Part shown: positions 1 through 9,434 of the stretch, in pieces
Numbering within the stretch: the stretch's first letter is position 1
Layout: each line of letters opens with the position of its first letter
Assembly: GCA_048881705.1 (NCBI GenBank)
Contig: JBHLSH010000016.1
Coordinates: 1-42,892 of the forward strand
Source: Candidatus Heimdallarchaeota archaeon
GTDB taxonomy: Archaea > Asgardarchaeota > Heimdallarchaeia > Hodarchaeales > Hodarchaeaceae
Length of the DNA stretch: 42,892 nt
Direction: 5' to 3'
The notes under the pieces: generated by a model
Database searches by the model: none
Seen by the model: only the letters and a program-made list of their open reading frames with translations
Told to the model about the DNA's origin: nothing
Made by a program: the position numbers and the translations under genes

Positions 1-1
1 T

Positions 2-376
2 GAGGACCTACTTCGCCAACTTTTCGTCAAGAAATCCCTTAAAAACAATCCAGATGGCTTTGAATGTCAGATGAAAAATTCCTTGAGCGATGCTACAATA
101 GTGGCACCCCTCAAAATCGTTTTGAGTAGCGAGGCAATCGGTAAGGAGACGTACAAAGACTTTACGATTGAATTGGGAGAATCGACGATTCTTAATCAAG
201 AGATTTCTGAACAGAGGCCCGCTCCCTTTGTCGTTGGTAGTTTGGCGACCCTAAAATTCAAGCGTACAACCTCTTTGCCATCAGATAAGTATAAAATCAG
301 ATTTGTGAGACTTTTGACTGAAGAATACGGTGATATCCCCTTCACAATGAAGGAAAGAATCCGAGACAAGATCTAG
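2..376 (+). CDS. Hypothetical protein, 5'-truncated by the window edge
   Basis: The frame of ORF 71..376 is open back to base 2 (EDLLRQLFVKKSLKNNPDGFECQMKNSLSDATI...), so the true start lies outside the window. No function recognised. Confidence 0.6.
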   Translation, partial: EDLLRQLFVKKSLKNNPDGFECQMKNSLSDATIVAPLKIVLSSEAIGKETYKDFTIELGESTILNQEISEQRPAPFVVGSLATLKFKRTTSLPSDKYKIRFVRLLTEEYGDIPFTMKERIRDKI

Positions 377-416
377 GGATTATCCATTCATTATTCAATG
401 AGATAGGCGAGAATAG

Positions 417-1784
417 ATGCCCGATCAAGACCGACTCTTCTCAGACCAGGAAATCCTTTCCTGGATTAGTGATATATCAGAAAAGGAAATCAATAACGCT
501 GCGAAACACAGTCTGGTCCCCTTTTATCCACAATTGCTAGTTTCTGGAACGGGGCCCTATCTAGAGGATAGAAGTGGAAAAGAATACCTTGACTGTACTT
601 CCCAAGCTTGGACATGTAATATAGGATTTTCAAATCCTGATGTGGCGTTTGCAGTTAGTACGCAGTTAAAGAGGTTGATTCACGTCCGGTATGGTTTCCC
701 GACAATTCCTCGGCTTAAATTTATAGAAAAGTTCATTGAAATCACTCCCAGAAATCTCAACAAGATTGCGGTGAATGCGATGGGAGGTGGTGCATCCATC
801 GAAGCCGCCTTGCGACTAGCCATGATTAATAAGCCAGGGACGGAGCATTTTTACACCTATACTAGAGGTTATCATGGTGCATCTCTGGCCACCATGACTC
901 TATCGGCCCGTTTCTCAGGGGTAACAAGATTTAGACCATGGGGACTTGATCGGGTTTCCAAACTGCCATATCCCTATTGTTATCGATGTCCAATGGGGCA
1001 GGAGGATGAAAAGAAATGTCATTTGGAATGTCTAGAGATGGCTAAACATCTCATCGAGTATGGATCGAAAGATAAGGTATGCGGAATCCTTATGGAGCCT
1101 ATGCAGGCTCCAGGAGGGCATATACCAACCCCAAAGAGGTATATGCATGAGCTTCGGAAATGGACTGAAAAGCATGATATTCTTTTGATATGGGATGAGA
1201 GCCAGTTATTTACACGTATTGGCTATTGGTTCTCATCGGAATGGTATCAAGTTGTTCCTGACATTACCTGTATAACCAAAGCAATTGGTGGTGGCCTCCC
1301 TATGGGAGTGACAATAGCCAGAGACGATTTGAAAGGATTTAATGCGGCTGAGGAACACAGTACCTTTGGAGGAAACCCATTAATGTTTGCTTCCAGTTTG
1401 GTATTTCTCCATTACGTAGAAAAAGCTAATCTTCTTGAGAATGTTCGAAAACAAGGCGAATACATAACCTCTGGTCTAAAGGAATTGCAGGAGAAATATG
1501 ATGTGATCGGTGATGTTCGCTGTCCGGGCTTATTTATTGGAGTTGAATTAGTTAATGATCCTCAGACTAAGGAACCTGGGAATGGACTCGCAACCGACCT
1601 CATTGAGGAAGCAATGACCCAAGGAGTGATATTTGGGCAAATGGCTCCAATTAGTACGGACACTGGCAAATTATTCCGTAATGTTGTGAAAATCAAGCCA
1701 CCCTTAATTATCAACCGAGAGGAATCCGATAGGATTTTGGAAGTTTTTGAGAGTTCCTTAGAGGAAGCGATCGACTATATGTAG
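417..1784 (+). CDS. Class III PLP-dependent aminotransferase (GabT/ArgD-like family)
   Basis: Motifs YLDCTS, GYHGAS, EPMQAPGG, WDESQ..TRIG, PDITCITKAIGGGLPMG (PLP lysine) and STFGGNPL. Confidence 0.93.
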   Translation: MPDQDRLFSDQEILSWISDISEKEINNAAKHSLVPFYPQLLVSGTGPYLEDRSGKEYLDCTSQAWTCNIGFSNPDVAFAVSTQLKRLIHVRYGFPTIPRLKFIEKFIEITPRNLNKIAVNAMGGGASIEAALRLAMINKPGTEHFYTYTRGYHGASLATMTLSARFSGVTRFRPWGLDRVSKLPYPYCYRCPMGQEDEKKCHLECLEMAKHLIEYGSKDKVCGILMEPMQAPGGHIPTPKRYMHELRKWTEKHDILLIWDESQLFTRIGYWFSSEWYQVVPDITCITKAIGGGLPMGVTIARDDLKGFNAAEEHSTFGGNPLMFASSLVFLHYVEKANLLENVRKQGEYITSGLKELQEKYDVIGDVRCPGLFIGVELVNDPQTKEPGNGLATDLIEEAMTQGVIFGQMAPISTDTGKLFRNVVKIKPPLIINREESDRILEVFESSLEEAIDYM

Positions 1785-1800
1785 GTTCGGTGAGGAATTA

Positions 1801-3408
1801 TTGAACGAAAATGGTGTTTTTCTAGCATATGATTTAGGAACGACCGCAACCAAGTCCGTGTTGGTCTCTAATGAGGGAAGATTTCTCCAATCGGAGGTCG
1901 AACAATATGAAACCTATTATCCAATGAAGGGATACGCAGAACATAATCCTGAGGACTGGATGCGGACCATAACTGCGACGACGAGACGTTTATTAGATGA
2001 TTCGGGAATCGGATCCGAAAAAATTAAGGCGGTGACATTCTCAGCACAAATGCAAGGACTCCTACCTATCAATCAAGATGGAACGCCGCTAACCAATTGT
2101 ATGATCTGGCTAGATGCTAGGGGTGCTGAATTTGTAAAAAAAATATGGCCATGGCCCAGGATTATGGGCTATAACCCTTATCGGTTATTTAGAAAATTCC
2201 TGAAGATAACTGGAGGGGCTCCTGGATTATCAGGCAAGGATCAGATCCCAAAAATTATTTGGCTAAAAGAAAAGCGCCCCGATATATATGAACAGACCTA
2301 CAAGTTTCTTGACGTAAAGGACTATGTAATATACAAGTTAACTGGAGAAATTGCAATAAGTTCTGACTGCGCATATGTTTGGTGGTTGATGGATTCGCGT
2401 AAGGACAAATCAGGTAAGCCTAGAAATAAATGGTCCGAAACATTATGCAAAATCTATGGGATCGATAAAAAGAAACTACCTGAAATTCGCAGGCCTTCAG
2501 ACCTAATTAGTGATAAAATACTCCCAAATGTTGCAGCTGATCTTGGATTATCGGAAAAAACTCCTGTGATATGTGGAGCGGGTGATATGACAACAGCTGC
2601 TGTGAGCTCCGGGGCAGTTATGGATGGCGAGCTGCATTGTCAGATCGGGACTAGCGGTTGGGTCGCTGGACATGTTTCTAAACGTAAAGTGGATATCTTT
2701 CACTACACAGGGTGTGCAGGAAGCGCCTTTCCTGATGATTATTATCTGGTGACGGGCCATCAGGAGATTGCGGGGGCTGCCCTTGAATGGGTAAAGAACA
2801 AGGTTCTATATTCGACCGATGAGCTTCGTCGGAGGCAATCTAAGGAGATCTATGAGATTTTTGATGATTTGGTTCAGGATTGCGAACCCGGAGCAAGAGG
2901 AGATGGAGGAACGAATCTCATGTTCATTCCCTGGTTTGCGGGGGAACGTAGTCCTCTGGATGATGAAAACGTTCGAGGCGGGCTTATCAATCTTTCCTTA
3001 GATCATGATCGAAGACATATATTACGTGCCGTGTTTGAAGGGGTTGCTTTTAATACGCGATGGGCATTAGAAACCGTGGAGAACCTCTATCATCCTGTAA
3101 CTTCGCTGGCCATAATTGGAGGTGGAGCCAAGTCAGCAGTCTGGTGTCAAATACTCGCTGATGTCCTGAATCGAACGATCCATCGTGTCGAGGAACCTCA
3201 GGAAGCTGGCGCGATCGGTGCGGCCTTGCTAGCAAAGATGGCCTTGAGAGAGATTAAAGAAATAGCAGAAATCAAACAATACTGCCATTACAAGGACACC
3301 TTTTCACCTAATCCAGAATATAGGGAGTTATATGATGGGCTCTTTGTGGAATTCAAAAATCTGTATAAAAAGACCCGATCGTGGTTTGCTAGGATGAACA
3401 GGCATTAA
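1801..3408 (+). CDS. FGGY-family carbohydrate kinase (xylulokinase-like)
   Basis: N-terminal YDLGTTATK, plus SAQMQG, WLDARG, DVKDYV.YKLTG, GAGD, PWFAGERSP, RAVFEG and GGGAKS. TTG start. Confidence 0.93.
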   Translation: MNENGVFLAYDLGTTATKSVLVSNEGRFLQSEVEQYETYYPMKGYAEHNPEDWMRTITATTRRLLDDSGIGSEKIKAVTFSAQMQGLLPINQDGTPLTNCMIWLDARGAEFVKKIWPWPRIMGYNPYRLFRKFLKITGGAPGLSGKDQIPKIIWLKEKRPDIYEQTYKFLDVKDYVIYKLTGEIAISSDCAYVWWLMDSRKDKSGKPRNKWSETLCKIYGIDKKKLPEIRRPSDLISDKILPNVAADLGLSEKTPVICGAGDMTTAAVSSGAVMDGELHCQIGTSGWVAGHVSKRKVDIFHYTGCAGSAFPDDYYLVTGHQEIAGAALEWVKNKVLYSTDELRRRQSKEIYEIFDDLVQDCEPGARGDGGTNLMFIPWFAGERSPLDDENVRGGLINLSLDHDRRHILRAVFEGVAFNTRWALETVENLYHPVTSLAIIGGGAKSAVWCQILADVLNRTIHRVEEPQEAGAIGAALLAKMALREIKEIAEIKQYCHYKDTFSPNPEYRELYDGLFVEFKNLYKKTRSWFARMNRH

Positions 3409-3419
3409 AGCCGAGGTTG

Positions 3420-4472
3420 TCAATAACTTGAGGGAGTGGTTGCAACACCAAAGTCGGAAGGATACTTCAAGCTTAGATAAGTTTGTATTTCGCTCTCGTC
3501 GATAAGTTCCATAATATCAGAAGGAGAGGGGATCCTTACTCGAATCCAATTTAGCAGATCTTTCCCAATCTTAACACTCTTCCTGATGGAATCTGTCTCG
3601 TCAACAATTAGTATCACAGAGAAATCTGATTCTTCTACTCTTACAAGTTTTAAATTATCAGATACTTCATTAGATCCTGCGATTTCGCTTTTTTTCATCA
3701 AAATCTCGCGAATCCCAGCTCCCAGTGACGCTTGCGCAAACATGTTAACCGCCGAAAACATACTTGTCAAGAGAGACGGATCATAGTTTGTTTGACCTTC
3801 GAGGGAGGTACTACTGGCCACCATCAATCCTGAATCCGTCTGATAGACAACAACGTTGTGAATATTTACATTAGGAAGGATAATCTCTCCCGTTAGCGTT
3901 TCGATCAGCCAATCGAAGGCCTGATATACATTCGAGCCCGTTTTGGCAGACATATGAAAAATGTTGACAGCTCTGAACTTTCCCTTGTTTTGAATCTCAT
4001 ATAAATCAAAATTATCCAGCAATGTAACGTATGGATCCACCCCGCTAAGGTCGGCCTTATTTGCGGCAATGAGTAATACGGCGTTTTCCTTAATATAATC
4101 AAGGGCATCGTACAAAGCTTCTTTGCTAGAATAGAAACTTGCCGGATTGGATGTATCAATAACAAAAACAACTGCATCAGACAATCGCAGATAATTCTCC
4201 CATATCACACGGAAAGATTGTTGGCCGGCAAGATCGAACGCTTGGAAACGGACATCCCTATATACGAAGCTGTCTACATTCAAGCCTAGGGTACGATGCT
4301 GGTTTGCGAAAAACTCCCCTGTTCGTAAGCGATGTAAGATGGTGGTTTTCCCAGCAAACGCTTCACCTACAAAGGTAATAGTGATTTGCTCTTCACGAGT
4401 ACTCTTTTTCTCTACTTCCACCCCTTTCTCTTCTTTCTTGTGCCTGCCTAAGAGTCTCCTTATGATTGACAT
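3420..4472 (-). CDS. Arf-family-like small GTPase with C-terminal longin/roadblock-like domain
   Basis: G1 GEAFAGKTT, G2 RTLGLNV, G3 FDLAGQ followed by the Arf-type FRVIWENY, G4 NKAD, G5 SAK, and AFDWL. The C-terminal ~150 aa start IHNVVVYQTDSGLMV...DPSLLTSMFSAVNMFAQ, a longin/roadblock-like pattern. Confidence 0.88.
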   Translation of the reverse strand: MSIIRRLLGRHKKEEKGVEVEKKSTREEQITITFVGEAFAGKTTILHRLRTGEFFANQHRTLGLNVDSFVYRDVRFQAFDLAGQQSFRVIWENYLRLSDAVVFVIDTSNPASFYSSKEALYDALDYIKENAVLLIAANKADLSGVDPYVTLLDNFDLYEIQNKGKFRAVNIFHMSAKTGSNVYQAFDWLIETLTGEIILPNVNIHNVVVYQTDSGLMVASSTSLEGQTNYDPSLLTSMFSAVNMFAQASLGAGIREILMKKSEIAGSNEVSDNLKLVRVEESDFSVILIVDETDSIRKSVKIGKDLLNWIRVRIPSPSDIMELIDESEIQTYLSLKYPSDFGVATTPSSY

Positions 4473-4954
4473 TCACGGGTCTCCTTACATCGATCTAACG
4501 AAATATGGATTTCTGGTGGCATATAGGAGTGGAGAGTATCATTTCTGGTATGAAAATGATTACCCGCTATCCTATTCACAAGTTAATAATAAAAGGCTAT
4601 CTCGAGAATCCGTCCCAAAGTTCGAAATACTTCTGGGAATAATCATTCAAAGGCTGGAAAGAAGGGTAATGAGGATGAGCAATTCGATTAGGTTACTTGA
4701 GACGATAAAACGAGGCTAGATTCGATTTTATAACGGCCCTATAGAACACTCAAAAGGTATTTTGTTATTTCATTTACTTCAGTTTAATCCTGCGAAATTT
4801 GTAAATCTAGTATTTGAAAAGTGAAATTCTGGCAAGGCCAAGATATTGGTTTGATCGCGGTCATTTTTGGTTTAAATAAAGAATAATTGAGATAGATCCT
4901 TGGGCCTATCTTGGCGATTTTCATTCAATCGCTGATTCTCAAAGACCTCCATAA

Positions 4955-6184
4955 CTAGTACGTCATCCACCACCCGATATTCAAGATCAGTCCAAGCAAT
5001 CCTGCCAAGATCAGTGATATCACCCTAACACTCCCGTTTAGTTCGTATTTTTCTATTGTGAAAGCTAGAATAGGGTAAGTTGGAAAAGAAAAAGTAAGAA
5101 ACCTTGCCAGATTTCTGCCTGATGCAACGATACTTACTCCAAGGAAACCACAGAAAAACAAAACGGCAAGAGGCAAAAGGTTTTTCGTTTCTGAAATTGA
5201 ACTCGCTTTGAATCGTTGATAGAACGATATTAAAGAGGTAATTCCCAATCCAAGCGAGACCAGAACAGTCCCAAACAATAAAAGTTCAAACCACGGACCT
5301 GAAGTGAGTAACCACATTAAATAATCTGGAAACCAAGCAAATGGGAACGTTATAACCCCATTGGAAGCATAGGGCTCCCAACCCTGGTATACAGATATTT
5401 CACGTATAAGAGGTAACCAGAAATCCCCGGAGTAAACCCAAGCGGCTATATAAGAGACAAAACCTATTGCAAACATTGCACTTAATACGATTATTCCCCA
5501 AAAGATACCTCGTGGCGATAATAAATCCTTCTTGGTATAATAAACAATTAGGATCAAGGTCCCCACGACGAAAAACGCTCCATTGTACCGTAAAGCGAAT
5601 GTCATTGCACTTGTAATTCCGGCAAAAAAATACTTTTTTCGATCCAAAAAATGCCAGGCCAAAGATTGATAGAACAAAAAAAGTATCTCGGGAGCAGGTA
5701 TGAGCAGGTATGGACTGAAGAGAACCAAATCCGTTGTTAATACAAGCAAGGTAGCTTGATTGAAACCTAGGTTCATCTTTTTTACATACATAGAGTATAA
5801 AAGACAGAGGCTAAATAGAGAAGCGGAAAACTGTATACTTAAAATCGAAATCGTTAAGGCATCTTTTAAGGGTAAAAAAATCGATAATACCACCAATCCG
5901 GGGACGTAATGGAGGCTTGTACCCAGTAAAACGTGTGGGTACAATGGAGGGTAATTTAAGGTGTTTGAAATATATAGTTTAGAATCATTGTGAGAACCTG
6001 GGGCCCAAAATGAGGAAATCAGATCTGTATTGAAGAAAACAAGCGCCAAAAGATAAAGAAAAGCAAACAGGAATGCGTGAGAAAAAAAAATCACCCTATA
6101 TGGATTTTTTTCTAGATATTTGATCCTATCGCGAATTCTAATCCGTGGTGTAGGAAATTTCGTCACTCTGAATCCCCCAATCAA
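4955..6184 (-). CDS. Polytopic GT-C-fold glycosyltransferase, PIG-V/PMT-like mannosyltransferase
   Basis: About 10 hydrophobic segments and a luminal YPPLYP loop. The stretch PEILFLF...KKYFFAGITSAMTFALRYNG resembles the ESLF...R.NG signature of PIG-V-type enzymes. Confidence 0.65.
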   Translation of the reverse strand: MIGGFRVTKFPTPRIRIRDRIKYLEKNPYRVIFFSHAFLFAFLYLLALVFFNTDLISSFWAPGSHNDSKLYISNTLNYPPLYPHVLLGTSLHYVPGLVVLSIFLPLKDALTISILSIQFSASLFSLCLLYSMYVKKMNLGFNQATLLVLTTDLVLFSPYLLIPAPEILFLFYQSLAWHFLDRKKYFFAGITSAMTFALRYNGAFFVVGTLILIVYYTKKDLLSPRGIFWGIIVLSAMFAIGFVSYIAAWVYSGDFWLPLIREISVYQGWEPYASNGVITFPFAWFPDYLMWLLTSGPWFELLLFGTVLVSLGLGITSLISFYQRFKASSISETKNLLPLAVLFFCGFLGVSIVASGRNLARFLTFSFPTYPILAFTIEKYELNGSVRVISLILAGLLGLILNIGWWMTY

Positions 6185-6191
6185 AGTTTAA

Positions 6192-7247
6192 TTATTCCTG
6201 TTTATTAAGGAAGTGTTGTAGGTCTCTTGATCTCTGCTGTTCATGCAAAGACATTGTTTTTTTGTAATGATCCATCAAAGGAAGCGTGACGTCCAAATCT
6301 CGAAGAACGGTTTCCAAAATCGCCATATTTTGTTTTTCCTTCTTGGAGAACCTAAAATCGATTTTCTCATACATTTCCCCTGGAGGGGTCATATTGTTTA
6401 ATTCTGCTAATAGTTTAACCGCTAATTCTAAGTGTGGTATCGTAATGGCCGAGGAAGGAATATATTTAGAACTTCGGATCTTTTCTGCTATCAGATTCTT
6501 CCGAGGAAACTTCTCATAGCCATATCCTATTTTTCCTAAGATCTCTGCCGCAGCCAAGGTTGTTCCCGATCCTAAAAATGGATCCAGAACTGTTTTTCCT
6601 CCAGAAAGTAGAATACACTTTATTGGAACTTCTAAAGGGAAGGGAGCGTCATGTCCCTTCTTTATTGTTGCTCCAGTTGTTTGAGAATAGGGGATAAACC
6701 ATACATTGCCAGCATCACGGAGGTCTCCGTCACTATAACGTCCGATGTTTGATTTGTCGGTATATGGAACACCTATCGCTTTGGGATTTAACGTGTAATT
6801 CCTCTTATCTTTCACTAGTACATAAATATTCTCAAAAACATTATTTAGCCTTTTTCTACCTCCCGAAGGAGTATAGTGCCCCTTCCCGAAAATCGATTTT
6901 ATCCAAATAATGGTTTGAATTCGAATAAACCCAGATTTAACTGCAAGCTCAGCTACTCGTTCGCTAAGGCCTTGGGTTGAAGCTGAATCCCATAGATTTA
7001 GGAAAAATACCCCAGATGATGTACAGACTCTAAAGCATTCTTTCCATACTCGGGCTAGGAATGCAAAGTATTCTTCTAAAGGTTGATCGTCATTATAAAC
7101 TTGTCCCTTGTCATCTGAATAAATTTTCGAAAGATTATAAGGAGGGGAGGTTATGATCGTGGAAATTGAGCCCGATTTAACCTCGCTCATATTCTCTGAA
7201 CTTTTATAATATACTGTTTGGCTCTCAAACTTGTCAAACTCGGTCAT
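6192..7247 (-). CDS. Orphan beta-class N4-cytosine/N6-adenine DNA methyltransferase
   Basis: Catalytic TSPPY precedes the SAM-binding DPFLGSGTT (beta order). Also WIK, E..YVLVK, GNVWFI and HDAPFP. No adjacent endonuclease gene. Confidence 0.9.
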   Translation of the reverse strand: MTEFDKFESQTVYYKSSENMSEVKSGSISTIITSPPYNLSKIYSDDKGQVYNDDQPLEEYFAFLARVWKECFRVCTSSGVFFLNLWDSASTQGLSERVAELAVKSGFIRIQTIIWIKSIFGKGHYTPSGGRKRLNNVFENIYVLVKDKRNYTLNPKAIGVPYTDKSNIGRYSDGDLRDAGNVWFIPYSQTTGATIKKGHDAPFPLEVPIKCILLSGGKTVLDPFLGSGTTLAAAEILGKIGYGYEKFPRKNLIAEKIRSSKYIPSSAITIPHLELAVKLLAELNNMTPPGEMYEKIDFRFSKKEKQNMAILETVLRDLDVTLPLMDHYKKTMSLHEQQRSRDLQHFLNKQE

Positions 7248-7381
7248 CTAGACCACTGATTCTCAGATCGTCGTTTGTGATTTTATAGTTTTCTTGTTCC
7301 GAAAATAGGGACTCAAATCTGATTCCAAAAGCAGCCTCCCCACCCGTCCTTCTATCCGCCAGTTTGGGTTACAAGAACATC

Positions 7382-7813
7382 TTAAAACTTGTCTCTAATC
7401 ATGATAAAGTAGATGATAAGGAGAAGCGTCACTATTGGACCAAAAAGGAAGCCCCATGCACCCACTTGAGCTGCGGTTAGGAGGAAATTAATGTCTAAAA
7501 GGTAGGTTATACCATTCAATAAGTAAAGTACCAGATCGACCGCCCAGGCCCATTGTTTCATATTCCAAAGTCCCCTACCTAATAAAAAGAACAACAAACC
7601 GACGATGATAAAAACAATTCCAACGAACTGTATAACGGCGCCAATTACAGCAAAGAAAGGTTGCCAGACCGGAGGAAGGTTGTCGAGGATTGCTTGGCCC
7701 ACTGTAAAGATAAGGATGGTATACAGAACTCCAACAAAAATCGCTAGTACACCAATTAGCATTTGCAGTACACTAATGATTGAAACTACGAGTGGACGAT
7801 CTTTCTTGGCCAT
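7382..7813 (-). CDS. Small four-TM membrane protein of unknown function
   Basis: Four hydrophobic segments, with RPLVVSIIS and GRGLWNMKQWAW motifs. Clean ATG start. Confidence 0.75.
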   Translation of the reverse strand: MAKKDRPLVVSIISVLQMLIGVLAIFVGVLYTILIFTVGQAILDNLPPVWQPFFAVIGAVIQFVGIVFIIVGLLFFLLGRGLWNMKQWAWAVDLVLYLLNGITYLLDINFLLTAAQVGAWGFLFGPIVTLLLIIYFIMIRDKF

Positions 7814-7974
7814 CTTTAGAAGACCTCACATGATAACGTTTCAAAAGAACGCGAAGAGAAACTTACTTCCCATTACACTTAAGACTTTTCTTCTGTTTGT
7901 GTTATTACCTACCAAGCAGTTTCTTGCCCTCTCTGGGGAAAAAGCGTAATGCTGAGCAAAATGGTGGTGGAAAA

Positions 7975-9300
7975 TTGGCAAATATAATCGGTATCAGACG
8001 AGAAGATAAGAACAAATGGGAAAGAAGAACACCTATAGTCCCAAATGACGCAAAAACACTAATTGGCGAACATAATTTGGATTTCATAATCCAATCATCA
8101 ACAATAAGGGCATATACCGATGAAGATTATGGAGGAATAGGGGCCCGAGTGTCAACGGCAATTGATGAAGCAAATGTCATCTTTGCGATCAAGGAAATCC
8201 CAATCTCTCTTTTAAAGCCTAAGAAAACCTATATCTTCTTTTCACACACGATTAAAGGCCAAAAAGGTAATATGCCTATGTTACAGCACATTCTCGACAC
8301 AAATGCAACTCTGATTGATTATGAGAAAATTGTAGATGAAAGAGGTTTTCGACTTATTTATTTTGGCAATTACGCAGGTTATGCAGGCATGATCGAAACA
8401 TTATGGGGATTTGGCCAACGGATCAAGACAAAAAAGGGGATCGAAACTCCTTTTCTAAAACTACGTCACACCTACGAGTATGGGGGTTTAGAAGCCGCAA
8501 AGAAAGCGGTTTCCAAAATTGGTAATGAAATTAAGGAAGAAGGGATAGATGCAGACTTGGTTCCTTTAGTCATTGGATTTGCCGGATATGGAAATGTGTC
8601 TCAAGGGGCACAAGCAATTCTAGATCTCTTTCCCGTAATTGAAATCCAGCCTATTGATCTCCAGGATTTCTTTTCCAGTGGGGACTTTTCATCAAATCAC
8701 TTGTATAAGGTTGTTTTCAAGGAAGAACATATGGTTATGCCTAGAGGTGATTTTGCCTTTGATCTCCAAGACTATTATGACCATGGAAGTGAGAAATATC
8801 AAGGAATGTTCCACGAATACTTCCAATATCTGTCAATCATGATAAATGGTATCTATTGGTCTAATAAATACCCCAGATTATTAACGAAAAGCTTTCTAAG
8901 GGATGTGTTTTCCTCTAAGCGGGATATAAAATTACAAGTAATCGGTGATATTTCTTGTGACATCGAGGGAGGGATAGAGGCAACCGTAAAAACAACAAAG
9001 CCAGATAATCCGTTTTTTGTTTACAATCCAGTTTCCGGGGAAGCGAAATTGGGTTTGGATGGAGACGGTATACCAATCATGGCAGTCGATAATCTTCCAT
9101 GTGAGCTCCCTCATGAATCTTCCACCAATTTTTCCAAAACTCTAAAACCATTTATCCCCATTATCTCTTCTGCAGATTACACCAAACCATTTGATACCTT
9201 GGATTTGCCCCCGGTAATCAAAGATGCCGTTATTGCTCACCAGGGTCATTTAACTCCAAGGTATGCCTATTTGGAAGAAAACCTCTCTCAAGCAAAGTAA
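7975..9300 (+). CDS. Lysine-ketoglutarate reductase (LKR), stand-alone equivalent of the AASS N-terminal domain
   Basis: IGIRREDKNKWERRTP, FFSHTIKGQ, IDYEKIVD, GYGNVSQGAQ, INGIYW, GDISCDIEGGIE and DNLPCELP match the LKR domain of eukaryotic AASS. Start moved to the in-frame TTG at 7975, which follows GGTGGTGG; the ORF track starts at 7897. Confidence 0.88.
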   Translation: MANIIGIRREDKNKWERRTPIVPNDAKTLIGEHNLDFIIQSSTIRAYTDEDYGGIGARVSTAIDEANVIFAIKEIPISLLKPKKTYIFFSHTIKGQKGNMPMLQHILDTNATLIDYEKIVDERGFRLIYFGNYAGYAGMIETLWGFGQRIKTKKGIETPFLKLRHTYEYGGLEAAKKAVSKIGNEIKEEGIDADLVPLVIGFAGYGNVSQGAQAILDLFPVIEIQPIDLQDFFSSGDFSSNHLYKVVFKEEHMVMPRGDFAFDLQDYYDHGSEKYQGMFHEYFQYLSIMINGIYWSNKYPRLLTKSFLRDVFSSKRDIKLQVIGDISCDIEGGIEATVKTTKPDNPFFVYNPVSGEAKLGLDGDGIPIMAVDNLPCELPHESSTNFSKTLKPFIPIISSADYTKPFDTLDLPPVIKDAVIAHQGHLTPRYAYLEENLSQAK

Positions 9301-9434
9301 TGTTCCTGTAATAGTTATGATGTAGTGAAAAAAACTTCTTTTACATATTGGAAAGTTCGATTTTCGTAAATGACAGTAAATTGGATATACGATATTTGGT
9401 ATTTGCTTCAGATGTGTTTTAATACAGGATATAG

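Noticed and set aside
990-1035. CYRC and KCH in the aminotransferase as a heme c motif
   Set aside because: The spacing is not CxxCH and the protein is cytoplasmic. This Cys-rich loop is common in class III aminotransferases.
4339-4719. 126-aa plus-strand ORF (or an 85-aa version from ATG 4462)
   Set aside because: It overlaps the GTPase start head-to-head, leaves no promoter space and has no motif. It cannot be excluded, but nothing supports it.
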